A DNA stretch of 63,992 nt, filler included, from Basidioascus undulatus (Eukaryota), in NCBI GenBank assembly GCA_000826855.1. It is 4 parts of 4 records of this genome, joined end to end, with 100 filler letters (N's around TTAATTAATTAA, not from the genome) between each part and the next. Parts side by side here need not be neighbours in the genome. Positions count along the whole stretch, not along the records: positions 32,129 to 48,086 come from JTLS01000615.1; positions 48,187 to 63,992 come from JTLS01000624.1; 2 more parts are not named here. One strand, 5' to 3'. The notes under the pieces were generated by a model. The model did no database searches and was not told the origin of the DNA. It worked only from the letters and a program-made list of their open reading frames with translations. Shown here piece after piece: positions 47,163 to 62,992 of this stretch (the first letter of the stretch is position 1; every line of letters begins with the position of its first letter). Made by a program: the position numbers and the translations under genes.

Positions 47163-48086
47163 ATGCGTTTCATCATAATGCTTCTTCCGGCCTCGCTCTT
47201 CGCTGTGGCACTCGCGCAGTCCACTGCCTACCCCGGTCACACCCTTCTCACGCTCAACGACGGGAACGTCATCCCGTCCCCGGCATTCGGAATCGACGCT
47301 GCGTCGGTCGACCAAGACGCGACCGAGATCGTGACCAGCGCGCTACGCGTAGGGTACCGTCATTTCGGTAAGCTTGGATGTGCATTATCATGCGAACGAT
47401 TTGTATGTGGCACTTACAGAGCATGGTGTACAGAGGTCACCAATCCCAACTACCTTGTCAACCTCAAGGAGGCGCTCGAAGCCGAGGGCATCGCCAGAGA
47501 GGACCTCTACGTGTCCGCCAAGTTCACTCGCCGGCGGACCCAGCCCACTGAGGTGGAGTTTGCCGAAACGCTCAGCAAGGTGACCGCTGGACTATCTTTT
47601 CGTCTTGAAAGGATGGATCTGACAGTACCCTCGACATAGCTGGAAAGCACCTACCTCGACCTCTTCTCCATCGATCGCCCCGAGCTCATCGGCGACCCGG
47701 GCAAGGTCTGGGGGAAGATGCAGAAGTTCCAGCAGCAAGGCGAAGTTCGGTAAGCTCCTTTCCTTCTACATAACCTCCCCTGTGACACTTGGAATGTTGA
47801 TATGATCTGGAATACAGCTCTCTCGGCGTCTCCTTCTACGACTATGCGTCCACAACCGAGCTCCTCGCCGCCCGCGGTGTTACCGTACCGCCCGCCGTCT
47901 TCGAAATGGTCTACGATGTCGTCAACGTCAACCAGACTCGCAGGCTGGTCGAGTTCGCCAAGGAGCAGGGCTTCCTTATCAGCAGCTCCATCGCGAGCGC
48001 TCCGCTGCAAGGCGCGATCACCAAGCAAGCGACAGCTGTCCTGGCGGGTCGGCGTGGCGCCGGCACGACGACCCGCCAGACCAACC
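47163..48086 (+). CDS. Aldo-keto reductase fold protein with an N-terminal signal peptide, 3' truncated
   Basis: TLNDGNVIPSPAFG, ALRVGYRHF, REDLYVSAK, LESTYLDLF, GEVRSLGVS and LVEFAKEQG, preceded by hydrophobic MRFIIMLLPASLFAVALA. Confidence 0.85.
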
Positions 48087-48186
48087 NNNNNNNNNNNNNN
48101 NNNNNNNNNNNNNNNNNNNNNNNNNNNNNNTTAATTAATTAANNNNNNNNNNNNNNNNNNNNNNNNNNNNNNNNNNNNNNNNNNNN
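48087..48186. other. Artificial contig spacer
   Basis: N44-TTAATTAATTAA-N44. Confidence 0.98.
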
Positions 48187-48239
48187 GAAAGGGTGAGAGC
48201 GTAAAATGAGGTGGCAAGGTTTGACAGTTGTCGAGAATT

Positions 48240-49330
48240 GAATATTTGTTAAGACGTTCATGACACAGCCCCTGCTCATGGAAGACTTCCAGCAATCCAT
48301 TGGACAAGCTGTTTGACTGCATGTTGGTTACAAAGTGCTGTTCACTCCCCCAAGAGTCTTTGGCAAGCTACCATGAAGAATACACTAGACCACATTTAAC
48401 AGAAATAACTGGACATATGGTCCCATACTAAGGCTTGATGACTTTTGGGAGCTCCATCCAATCTTCATGCCAGGTGCAGATGTGCCATGTGACAACTGCC
48501 TTGCATCACAAGCACTTGAACTTGGGGCCATCTGCAAGTCGCAACTGTTGCTGCAGAGTGTTGAGTCCCATTCAGATCTATGTGAGCTGATGGAATCTCA
48601 CTGCTCCTCCAGGTGACGTATTGGTGCAGTCATTCATAGCAAAGGCTATGTGCTCCTTCACTGCTTGCCAGACCTTGGCATTGTCAAGTAGCTCAGGACA
48701 GTGCAGGTTATCAACTGCCAGGTTGTCTTGGAACTCAGCATTGTCTATGGTGAGGCAGTCATCCTTGCTGAGGAGCTCGTAAATTCCCTTTGCCTGTTGG
48801 CAGTGCAGGGTCTGATGAGGCCCTGTAGCTTTGTCAGTGCAACAACATGCTGTGTTGCACTGACCAAGCACCTTCTTGAGCCAAGTCAAGAACACCTGGC
48901 AACTAACAGCATTTGCGAGGCTGTCAAAGGCATTGTCTGCCTTCAAAGCCACTGTAAAAATGGACGGGGCTTGAAAAGTGCTTGCCTGTGCCAGTGTGAC
49001 ATTGAGTGCCAGCTTGACCACTCATAAGGCAGGTGTGAAGTCATACTTGAGACCTGCTGCAACCAGCTAGATCTGGCTCCGTGAACACTCAGCAAACCTC
49101 TTGTAGCTGCGGACCTGTATGAGTGCAGTAGAGGACAGTGCATTGGATAAGATGTGGGAGGAGAAGGTGCAGCATGTCAGCAGATTCCTCCAGTTTGACA
49201 GTCTCAGCATCTGGATCCAGGTTGAAGTAGGAGTCTCCAGCAGTGCGATTAGGAACAGTGAACATTCCTGCTACTACCGAAGAATGAAGCTGCAGAGGAA
49301 ATGGTTAAAGCTTTAGTCTAGCAAGCTCTT
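48240..49330 (-). mobile_element. CpG-depleted decayed repeat or transposon relic
   Basis: About 10 CpG in ~1.1 kb by manual count, with abundant TpG/CpA, unlike the CpG-rich genes. Broken minus-strand ORFs with a CxxC..H-like remnant, at a contig end. Confidence 0.5.
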
Positions 49331-49933
49331 GTGGCTTACCTCATAGTTGCAGTGATGCACCTGCGGCAGAAATTCTGTTAACTCGTCCCACCCTCGTCAT
49401 CAAAGCATTGAGCCAACTAGCTGTCTAAACTTTTTGCCGTCACTGGATACGACGACAAAGTCGGCTCCTGGGTCAATCCATCACCCGCTCGTGAGTAGAG
49501 GAAGGATTGGTGTGAGAAAGATAATCCTTGTTGAACTGATGAGTTTCAGTTGAACAAGAATGCCCAAGGGCTTGGTTGGAAAGTGGCAACGGACCATGGA
49601 CCATGGATGGAAATCAGGCGGGAGAAGGTGGGATGTCAACTGCAAGATGGACGATAGTCCTTCTTACAGATTTGCGCGAAGGCTTCCGGATGATGTGCTT
49701 CCGGAACAGTGCGGGTCAGTGAAGACACACTGGGAAGATAAGCTGTCGTTGCCCGTCTGTGACTGTCTCAAGGCCCGCAAGTCTGTCCCGTCACACGGGA
49801 AAACAAACTCGGTAAACGAGCCAAGTCAGACTGACAGCTCCGTCAATATCTATTCCTTCCTGATTCATCAAAGCGTTCCTTCATCGTTCCTATTCATCTT
49901 AAACCCCATTTGCCTTATTTGACCTCTCCTTCA

Positions 49934-50660
49934 CTACGGTCGGCGCGCATGCTGTGCGACGCCCTCCACGCCAGCGGGTTCCCAGTCGAACTTGTTTTCG
50001 CAGAAGGTCTCCAGAGCAGCTGTAATTGTTGAACATGTTAACAATAGAGCTATGGTAGAGGCTCGGAAGAGATTCTGGAATGTTGCGTACGTCGCGGCGT
50101 GCGCTCAAAGAGACCCATCTTCAGCACTACTGCGCCTGGACGGGCAGGACCGAGAGTCTTTATGGGACTGCGAAAGGGCCGTGTTAGGCATATAAAAGAT
50201 AACCAAGAATTTGGGGGGGTTAACTTGCCTACCACAGTCCCCACAGCTACATCCCCCAAAGTTACCACCATTCAGCATGCCACATGGAGCAGACTCAATT
50301 TGACGCACAAGTATCGCTCGATCGTGTTGCCGCTATCCGTCTTAGAGTCGCGGTACAGCTTGGGCTCGCCCTCAAATGTGACCTGGCGGACAAGTTTAGC
50401 CTTTAGTGGTGCCGACTCCCACGTCAGACTGACCTGGTCCTGCTTGACTACCGCATTCGATGTGCCCACTGCGCTCAACAACAATAAGTACGGGCCCGGG
50501 GTTCCTGTTACATGCACTCGGAAGTCTACCCACAGCTGCTCGTTGACTTGCGGCAATTGATGCAGTGGCACAAGAGACCATTAGGGAATGGGCCCTCAAG
50601 CGTAACCGTAGCGCGGATGCGACCGCAAAGACAGGCTCCCTTGTAGATAGTGGGTGACAT
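49934..50660 (-). CDS. GFA/Mss4-like (CENP-V family) zinc-binding protein, multi-exon
   Basis: YKGACLCGRI, CHCINCRKSTSS, DSKTDSGNTIER, CGDCG and ETFCENKFDW. Confidence 0.85.
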
Positions 50661-51484
50661 CTCTTGGGTTGCTGACCCGTGCCGGGAAGGTCGCTGAGAG
50701 CTGAAGTTATGAAGTGGACTGAGACGGTGCAGACGAGGCTTGTGAGCAGGCAAGCGCTTGAGGTCCCAAGAGGTCCGGTCCACGTCCGGTTCTTAGGGAA
50801 ACACGTGGTGGTAGCGCACTACGGTGGAGGTGTTGATGCAGTACATTCCCAGCGGCTGGCGGTGCGTGCCAGTCGAAGGGGGGAAAGGAAAAGAAACTAC
50901 GGATATCATGGACTTGTGTGCTGGAATCAGTACTGGTCGGTACGCTTTTGCAGCGGCAGGGAGAAGAGGAGGAGCTGCAGCAACTGCAGAGTGGCAGTTT
51001 TCGCTGCGACGCTTCCTAAACTGACATATCCGCCCCTTCAAGCCTTTTTAATGCAAATACCCACGAGTTCCGTAACCACTTAACAACAGAGGGTGAAGTG
51101 CCCATTCACACTGCCACAGCTACTGAAAGCGACGCACCTTCATTGGCGCAGCACCGTGAATGACCACTGGACCCCTCTAACTGGTCTTCCCTCTCAGTAT
51201 AACAAACGTCCTATTCCAGATGCATCGGCCGTTTCAAAACAGCTTGAGAGATCAAGTATCACTCGGCCGTGTTCTTTCAGTCTTCTGCTTCGATCATCAT
51301 ACATAATGGGCTGTAAGCGGCAGTTGCTGCCCGATAGCACCGCCGAGTTGCCGACGTTAGCCGCTGCCGCCTAGCAGCTCTCTCGAGCGCTCAACATCGT
51401 TGATCCGAACGCTGCTTCTTAAAACAAACACTCCATCCTCATAACTGCCGATAATTTCCACCTTTGCGTACCCGGCGGCGCGCC

Positions 51485-54545
<3,061 letters not shown>

Positions 54546-56455
54546 ATGAAGGATCCAGATAGTATATGGGAAAGGAATATGCTCAAAACATGGGCCTCAG
54601 AATCAACCTCTTCGGAAGCCTGCGTTATCGGAGCCACTAACGTAAGAATCAATGAAGCGCTCGCAGGTTTTACGGAGAAAGGCTCTTAGTTGCTATCTAC
54701 TGCAAGCCTTGGGACTGGGGGAAGGGATTCGTTGTATGGCCATACCCATACTCGGTCTGTTGCAAGCTTTGGCGCAGGAAGGCGAGCGCTGAGCAGTGGG
54801 GGACAAGTAGATACTACGTCCTGTGTGGAGCATTGGCAGGCTTACCGCATGAAAAGGATCTGAAAAACATGGATTCAGGTGAAAGTTTGTCTCTCGCATT
54901 CATTCTGAAGATAGGAACGGAGGTGCTGACCTCACCGTTGCAAGCACGTGCTTCCGCTCCTGCTCGCTCGATCCAGTCCACCGTAGCTTGGCCAGTCCCC
55001 ACTTCCATCTGACGGTCTAGTTGAGGATCAGAAGACCTTATACCTCTGTATTTACACTCGAGCAGAGCGTGCGCCATGACTGCCACTGCTGCGTCTGCCT
55101 CCCCGATCCTGACCGACCACCTCACGCTCGCGCACTCGACGCCGCTCGACCTCCTGCTTCCCTCACTCTGCGCCCAGCTCCAGTAATCACCACTCTTGCT
55201 CAAAGAACTATTCCACCACTGAATTACCCGGGTCTGCCAGTGACGCTCACCCAGACTCGAACATCGTCCTCGTGCACTCGTCCGTTGAGCACAGCTTCCA
55301 CGCGAACAAGGGCGAGGTTCTTGCGGAGGGCATGGTGCGGATCAAGAACGGATGGGTTGGGGAGAGCGGATTGAGAGTAATCATAACGAACAAGGGTGTG
55401 CTCATGTCCCCATCCGCTACTGCTTATCTGCGCGAGTCTTACGACATGGACGGGCTGGCGCAGGGGTGCTGGACAAGCCGGGCTCGGCTGGGTGAGCTGC
55501 TTGCTTTGGCCATTCATGGGCAGAGTGAGGTCTGAAGGGTGGCATGGGAGGTCTCAGTGCTGGGCTCTGGGACTTCGTGGGACACTGGACATTGATTGAG
55601 GGCGGGCGGGTTGTCATCTTTCATGCGCCTGCGGAGGCGCGGCTGGACGGGGAGGAGGAGATGCGCTGGAAGCCTGAAAACATCTGAAATATGAGAGCAC
55701 TTGACATTTGGAGAGGACGCCTGTATGGAGTGGATTTGAAGATGGGCAAAGTGACCCTGGTGAACAAGTATGTCGCTTAAGCAAGCGAAGCGCTGCACGC
55801 TGCGACTGTAGGAATGCCGATGAGTGGTGTACCGAACAGTGGTGGATATGTGAAGTATCGGACTGCTAAGTGATGTATCGACATCTTTACCTTCTTGCTA
55901 TCTAAAAGGAGTCGTCAGGCATACAGCAGTGCATTGCGACTCCTGAAACAACAGTCTGTAGCACAGCCAGCGCTGACGGATTGGCAGGTTCAAAACTCAA
56001 CTTGGAGACACCAACGAATGCTGTTCGGCTTAGAGCCGGTTGTCTTGTTCATCCCAATTAGGGCGCGGCTGATGTTGAAAGGAGTTGTAGTTGGCACCAG
56101 TGTGCTAGTAGCTTCCTTCCGCTTCCCGACTGTCTTCGTGCATCCTGTTGTTCGACTGCCATCTCATCTTTATCGCAGTGGAAACGGTGTTACTTGCACA
56201 CATGGAACATCGACGTTTTAGCTCGTGATTCAGCAGAGCGCTTGGCAACCCGTCCCAGGAGTGTGTAGGACCGACGGCAAGTGAATTTGCGAATATGCCA
56301 GTGTGATCTTTGCGTGCATGATGAAATCTCATACAAAAATAAGGGGAAAACCAAAAGAGAGGTAAACCTAAAGAAATGCGAAAGAGGCCAACCACACTGT
56401 AGCAACGGTAATGCAAGGATGGCTACTCGTAAGCGACAGCGACGCAGGACATTCA

Positions 56456-59400
56456 TCAAGCTGTTCATGAACCCCGAAGACTCCGTCAGCTCTTGTACTC
56501 GACTACGCGGAGCCCAATACCCCCAACAGGAAAGGGAGCAACGACGCACAGAGATCGAAGCCCGCCCCGCTGTAGATGGACTGCAGTAGCTTGTCGCGCA
56601 TCGTGTTCTTGTCCCTGTACTGCGGGAGCTTGAGGAGGTTCTGGTGTGCGAGCGTATAGTCCAATCGTCAGCCTAAGGCACACGGAGCGTAGCGAAAGGA
56701 AGCAAAGACGCACAACGCAAGTGCTCGACGTCGGCAGCCGCCCATCGTCCGGGCCCGCATCGCGGATCGCAAAGCGGGGGTTGAGCCTGCATCACCGACC
56801 CATCGTCAGCGCTCATACAACAAATGCACCAGTCCGCTCCCACAGGACTCACTCTTTGAACCCGAGCAGTGGTGCTCGCGGGCACGACGTAACGAACTGG
56901 AGGAGCTTGCGGCGCTGCTCCTGGTTGAAGCCTTTGACGACGTCCCAGAACATCCGGATGGGCTCGTCCGCCTCGTTGTACCCGCCGTATACAGCGTTCT
57001 CCTGGAGGTTCTCGAGGCTGTGGGAGTGAAAGCGAAGAAGCGGTAATACGGAGATCAGCAACGTAATTGGGATGGTATAAAATAGGTGGAGCGCACTCGA
57101 TAGGCTGGTCCGCGCCACCGATGAGAACCTGCGAACGCAGCATCATTTAAGCGATAAGTCTCCAGCCATCGCGCAGACTCGGTACGCGGGACTAGATCAA
57201 CGCACCGAGAGCTCCTGCTGGTTGAACATCCTCAGCCACTTGGGGTCGACGATCTCGGACAAGCCCCTAAAGAACGCCTCGCACTGGCGCTCGATCTGCG
57301 CGTTTAGGCGGTAGTGCGACATAAGGTGGATGTACCTATCCGCGCACACACCCATTCCAGCGTCAGCATCTCCTTAGCGCTTCCTGTTTCCATCACCAAA
57401 CAAACCGACGCGACTGACGTGATCCGGTTCTCGCGCGTCACAGGCACATTGCTCCCGTTCGGGATGAGGTCGATCGTGCGCGCCACTCCGAACTCCTCGT
57501 CCGTGACCGTGAAGTTCAGACTCAGGTCTTGCGGGTCGCCCGCGTAGTTCTTGAGGTAGATCAGCCCGTCGTAGAGCTGCGGGTCGAGCGAGGCGAGGTC
57601 GTCGACTGGATGGAGTCATCATCGAGGTGGAGTTAGCGCCAGGGATAGAGGAAGGGGATACAGGAGATAAGACGAACGGTGCGACTGCCTCCCAAGCCAG
57701 CGGGCGAGGAAGAATCCCGCAAAGCCGACATCGAGCAAGATCCCCTCATACAGCGCCTTGCCGATGATGCGGCCCAAGAACTCGTACCACGAAAGCTGGG
57801 TTGCTGTTGTTCGCCCAGTGTCAATGTCAGCGCAAATGAAAAGGACGAAAGGAATGCAGAAAGGCACCTTCGCGAGCGTACGAGTGCGGGTTGGGATAGA
57901 GGAGCTGGTCGCCCGTCGCGAGCCAGAGCCCCGCATTCGTGTCAAACACCTCGGTCGCGATCCCATTCAAGAACTCCTTGAACACGCCTCCGCCGTCTAT
58001 CCACCCATCCACACGTCAGTCCCCGCCCGCCCAACCTTTGATCCTGATGACGAACCGATCCCCGCTTCCTCGTTGCCCTACCCCAAAAAATATCTTTTCA
58101 GCACATGCTGCACGAGCGGAGAAGATAAGCGGAGGGAAAGCGAAACGCACCCATTCATCAATGAACGTGATCTCAATGCGCTCCTTGAGCGCGGGCCCGA
58201 GCCGGTTGAGCTTGGAGAACCCGTCCTGGGCGAGGTGGTTCCTCCGGATCTCGGCGTGGTGTCGGCGCCCCGTGCGGAACGGGTACTCGGCGATGCCGAC
58301 GCGGAGGCGGTCGTTGCTAGATGCGGGCGCGGGCAATCAGTAAACGTCGGGGGTTGCACAAGACGTGGAAGGGGATAGAGGGGAGAGATTGAACGCACTG
58401 CACGAACTGCCGAAAGATCTCGACGCGCGTGTCGAATGGGATCAGGAAGGGGACGTTGTTGAGCAGTCCGAGCCGTGGAGACTGTCCACCCCATGGAAAC
58501 GAATGAGCCACGCATGTCACCCTTTACGCGAGAACAGCCTACGACGCACGATGAATGCCAACTGGCTCTTGCTGAACGTGTTCCTCCCCGCCTGCGGCGG
58601 TCGGCGCTGGACGGTCGTCCGCCTGCGCGCCACAAAGCCGTTGTCCTCGTCGTCCTCGTCGTCGAGCGCCATGGGCTCGCCCGAGTCCGCCTGCGCCTGT
58701 GACTGCTCGAGCTGGTGCTCCTCCAAGCTATTTGTGCGGGGAAAGAGGTGCGAGTGAGCGAATGGAGAGGCGGAGGAAAGGGAAGGGGGCACACGCACAT
58801 GGCGGCTTGACAGAACGCGTCGATGTCGATCTCGGAAGTCTTGTGCCAGTGGCCGGACGGGGTGAACTGCTTGCGGGAGCTGGCGCGTAGTTCAGATCAG
58901 TCGGTACCCAATTGCTTTCTGATTGGTAAGAAAGGACGAGGCGCAACTCACTCCCTCGCGTGAATGAGCTGCGCGACCCTCGTCACCAGCCCTCTGACCT
59001 CCCTAAGGCCCACGCCCACACCGGGCACCTTCCCGCGCTCGACGTCCACCATCCCCTCCTGCATGTACAGCGCGAACGCGAGGTCCCTAACCACGCCCGA
59101 GAAGCTGACGACCTCGTCCAAGCTGAGCGCCGCGGCCGCCGCGCCCGATGCAGAGGGCGAGTGGAAGTCTTTATCCGGGAGGGTGAGGAGGAGGCGGGAG
59201 TAGAGCTGGCACAGGAGGAGGAACGGCGGGACCGAGTCGGTCGTGTCCTGGTTCGGCTGGGCGGGCGCGAGGATCGCGAGCGCCTGGCGTGGGTTGTGCG
59301 CTGCACGCGCGAGGGCCGACGAGCGCACGGACGAGCGCCAGAGCTCGCGGATGAGGCCGCCGCCGGCTTGGCGCGGGGTCGAGGACGAGTACAGGAGCGT

Positions 59401-60881
59401 GTTGAGGATCTCGTCGCGCCGCGAGGGGGCGGAGTCGAGGAGGGTTGCGAGGAGGGAGAAGAGCGCGGTGCGGGTGGAAGGGTGGCGGGACGTGGAGGTG
59501 AGGAGGGCGGAGAGGTGAGCGGAGGAGGAGAGGGGCGCGAGACGCTTGATGAGTCGTTGATCGATGGGTTGCGGGCGGCGGGGGAGAGGGGCGGACGCGG
59601 ACGCGGACGTGGACTCCTCGTTCTCCGAGTCCACTTCAAGGGAGGTCGCTCCCCGCTCGGCGGCAGGTGCTGGTGCATCGGACGCGTCTAGTGCACCTGG
59701 AGGGAGAGCGACGATCTCAGACTGAAGGACTGTGATCCAGTCGGCCAGCGTCTCCTTGCCCCATGTCGGGACGCGCACGCGCCCGAACGTCAGGAGGTTC
59801 CCGAGGTACGCGACGTGCTGCTCGGGCGTGAGAGTGGCGCGAGCCGAAGGGGTAGAAGCGGCGTAGAAAAGGAGGGAGGGGAGAGGAAGGGCGGAGGCGA
59901 GGCTGGTTACGAAGGAGAGCGGGATGCGGGAAGGGAGGTGAGGGAGGGGGAGGAGCGAGGCGTGGAGGGCGGCAGTGAGATTTGGGGATACGTGGGTTTT
60001 GAGTAGGGCGGTAAGGAGAGAGATGAGTGGTGGAAAGATCGGATGGGTTTTGTTTTCTGGGGGCTGTGGACGGTAACGCAGGGGTGAGCTTGTGTGATGG
60101 GAGGGCAGAGCCGCAAAAGGGCAACTCACGATCGCCTGCAGCGCCTCCACAACCCCCTCGACCAACCCGGCCCTCACGAGCGCCTCCCTCTCTGTCTCAC
60201 CACCGCGCTCAATCAACACCCTCAACACACCCTCCCTCACATCCTCCTCCTGCAACGCCCCCAAGCGGACCGCAGCGCGGACAAGGAGCTCTAGGAGCTC
60301 GGGGCTGAGATGCGCGAGGTCACCTGGAGAAGAAGACACATGCTGGGCGTAGGCGGAGAGGGTGCTCAGTGTCGGAGAGGAGAATACGAGGACGCGGGTG
60401 ACGTCGGCGAGGGGCGGAGGGGCGGGCGAGGAGAGAAGGGTCTGGAAAGAGGCCAAGTGGGCCGAATGCTGTGATCGCCTAGAGAGGAATGACCGTCCAG
60501 CGGACTGTGGAACAGAAAAGTGTCAGCATAATGCATTTCATCGCATAACGAGCTGTATCATGAATGTGATCCGCGATGATCCAAGCGCGCTGGCGTGGTG
60601 GCAGTACCTGGTGCCACAGCTCTCGCCGCCTATCCATCGCCACCGCCATTGCCCGCCTTTCTCACCGAACCCCGCCCATTGTTCCGACATCCACGGACAT
60701 TGGCTCACAGACTGACCTGTATCCTGACTATCGCGCCCTCCCTCCTCCTCGCCTCCTCGCGCTGCTCCCTCTCCCGCCTCGCAGCGCGCATGACCTCCTG
60801 CGGATCCCTCGGCCCCGCGCTCGCACCGCTGAGGTTGATCTGCCGCGGCTGTCTAATCGAGCCCGTGAAATAAGGCTGCAT
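56456..60881 (-). CDS. HECT E3 ubiquitin ligase, HUL5/UBE3C-like
   Basis: MQPYFTGSIRQPRQINLSG start, NNVPFLIPFDTRV, IDGGGVFKEF, FLGRIIGKALYEG, LLQFVTSCPRAPLLGF, RLPTSSTCV/NLLKLP and GAGFDLS*. The last coding exon is 5 nt. Confidence 0.93.
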
Positions 60882-61239
60882 CGTTGTAGGTCGGGATGCC
60901 GATAGGTTTATGGAAATGGAGGATGGTCAAAGAAGAACAGGCAAGTGGACTGGGTTGAAGATGGAAGAGGGTAGAGCGGCGATAGGACGCGTGTGCTTCG
61001 TGAGCTTCGGGCTCGCTGACGTCAGTAATCGTTCCATGGTATGTCCGTGGAAGTCTGCACCGCTGCAATGTAAAATCTTCACGAAGTCCCAACCTGTTTG
61101 AGTCAACCAGGGGAAGTGCACAGAGGTCTGTTACGTATGTTTTTCTACTTCAGTAATTTGTGCGCATGAGGCCGATCAAAAGATGCCTTCTGTTTTGAGG
61201 TTCTGCTGAGCTGTCGTCGGGTGGCGCACTTAAAACACC

Positions 61240-62700
61240 TCATGGCATGAGAAAGTCACAAACCCTCATGCGAAACGCAGTAATGCTTGACTTATTTAGA
61301 CTACACCCTCCATTCAATAGCGGCTCGAGAGTACAGACAACACACGCGGTGGCACAATCAAAACAACATGCATATTGCGAGAGGTCAATACTTCCCTTCG
61401 CACTTCGTAACAGCCCCGTCCACGACCTCCAATGTGAACGGCAGCCAAACATTGTAACATTTGAGCCCCGTAGAATACCAGACGACGCGACTGAGCAAAG
61501 GCAGGCGCGCTGCCAGCTCCTCGACAGCTTGAATGCGCACCGCCTTGCCATGCTCGATGTACTCGCGCAGGAAGTCAACTGGGTGACCTTGAGAACGCCA
61601 TCACTGTCGATATCTTCGGCGAGGTCGCCTGGGTGTTGCAGATCTAGTTCGAGGCTCTCGAGCTGCGTTGCCAACGCACATGTGTTCACGAATGCGGACT
61701 GTAAGAGGCAGAGTGTCGACAGATCAGTTGCAAGAAGATTCCGGCAGATGAAGGAAGACGCTTACAGTCCAAACCGCCGTAGCCCCTCTGCTGCATCCAA
61801 CACTGAGCTTTTTGAGGCTCGGGTAGCAGCGCATGATTGTCTCGAAGTGGTCGATTTCGAACCCGCGTGTGCAAAAGGTCAAGTCTCGGAGCTTTGACGG
61901 GCAAGGAAGGCCTTTGACTATGTCCACCACAATCGAAAGCTTGACTTGAGAAACATCCAGAGACTTTAGGCAGTTGAGCGAGGGTAGCAAATCCGGGCCA
62001 AGCTGGCAGTCTTCCAACATGTGCGATCGCAGAGACGGAAGGGCGCAGCGGCGGCGTTCTCTTGAAAAGAGCCCAGCGGCGTGAGAAAGGCCCCCGAGAC
62101 GACGAGCTCCTCCAGTCGAGGAAGGATATTGGACATGACATGGGAGTATGGGCTCGAATACTAGGGCTCGGGCAAAGCGAACGCAGGTCAATCTCCAAGC
62201 AGGTCAGAGTCGCCGCATTGCATTGAACGAGCTTGCGGGCCAGCTGCAGTATGGTGTTCCTCGCCTGGGGCTCAGTGTTCGGTGAGTGCAAAGACCCGAA
62301 GAGAGGCTGATGAACAGGGTCTTGAGACCGGTGATCCCCTTTATCGAGCGAAGAGTTTCGGGTCCCATCGTGATTCTGAAGCTGTCGAGGGCCGGCAGCG
62401 ATACGAGGCTGGTGAGCAGCATGTTCAATTTCTCAGATCTGATGCACGAGTCTTCCAACATGTCGAGAGGGAGATGTTGAAGGCGGTGAAGCTTCGAAAT
62501 CAAATAAAGTCGCCTAGGGTGGTGAGTGCGTTGACGTCGGTCCAGTTGTCCTCGTTCGCGTCGCCCCAGCCATACGAGCACGTGTCGGTGACAGAAACCT
62601 TGGGATACAAGCGCCTGTGAAGGTGTTGCACATAGTAAGCTTCTCAATATCTCTAATCGGTTTGGGCGTGGATCACATACCGGACGACATCAACCAGTGC
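61240..62700 (-). pseudogene. Degenerate leucine-rich (F-box/LRR-type) gene
   Basis: Overlapping ORFs in different frames each carry LxxLxL segments (LKTLFISL, LTCLEIDL, LKSLDVS, LRDLTF, LKKLSV, LESLELDL), which implies several frameshifts. Confidence 0.45.
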
Positions 62701-62992
62701 GCAGAAGCGGATTTGAGTGGCGATGCGGGATGAAAGCATTGTTTTAACCTCAATAATGGCACACGGAGCCATGCCAATCCACTTGCAATTAGTCGTTGTC
62801 GTGGTGTTGTCATGGTGGACCAAGTATTCCGCTCTGTCGGAGAGACAAAACGAACAGCACTGCATCTGTTTTCTTTGCATCACACGTTCCCGACCAATCC
62901 ATGAAAAAAGCAGTGCAACACTATCTGACAATATTATGATACAAACAGCCGAACAAACAGAACAGAATAAATACCTCGCAAAACCCCCCTCC

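Noticed and set aside
55077..55599. Coding-like stretch downstream of the phenol monooxygenase
   Set aside because: It has multiple stops and no recognisable family. It may be another relic, but I cannot support a call.
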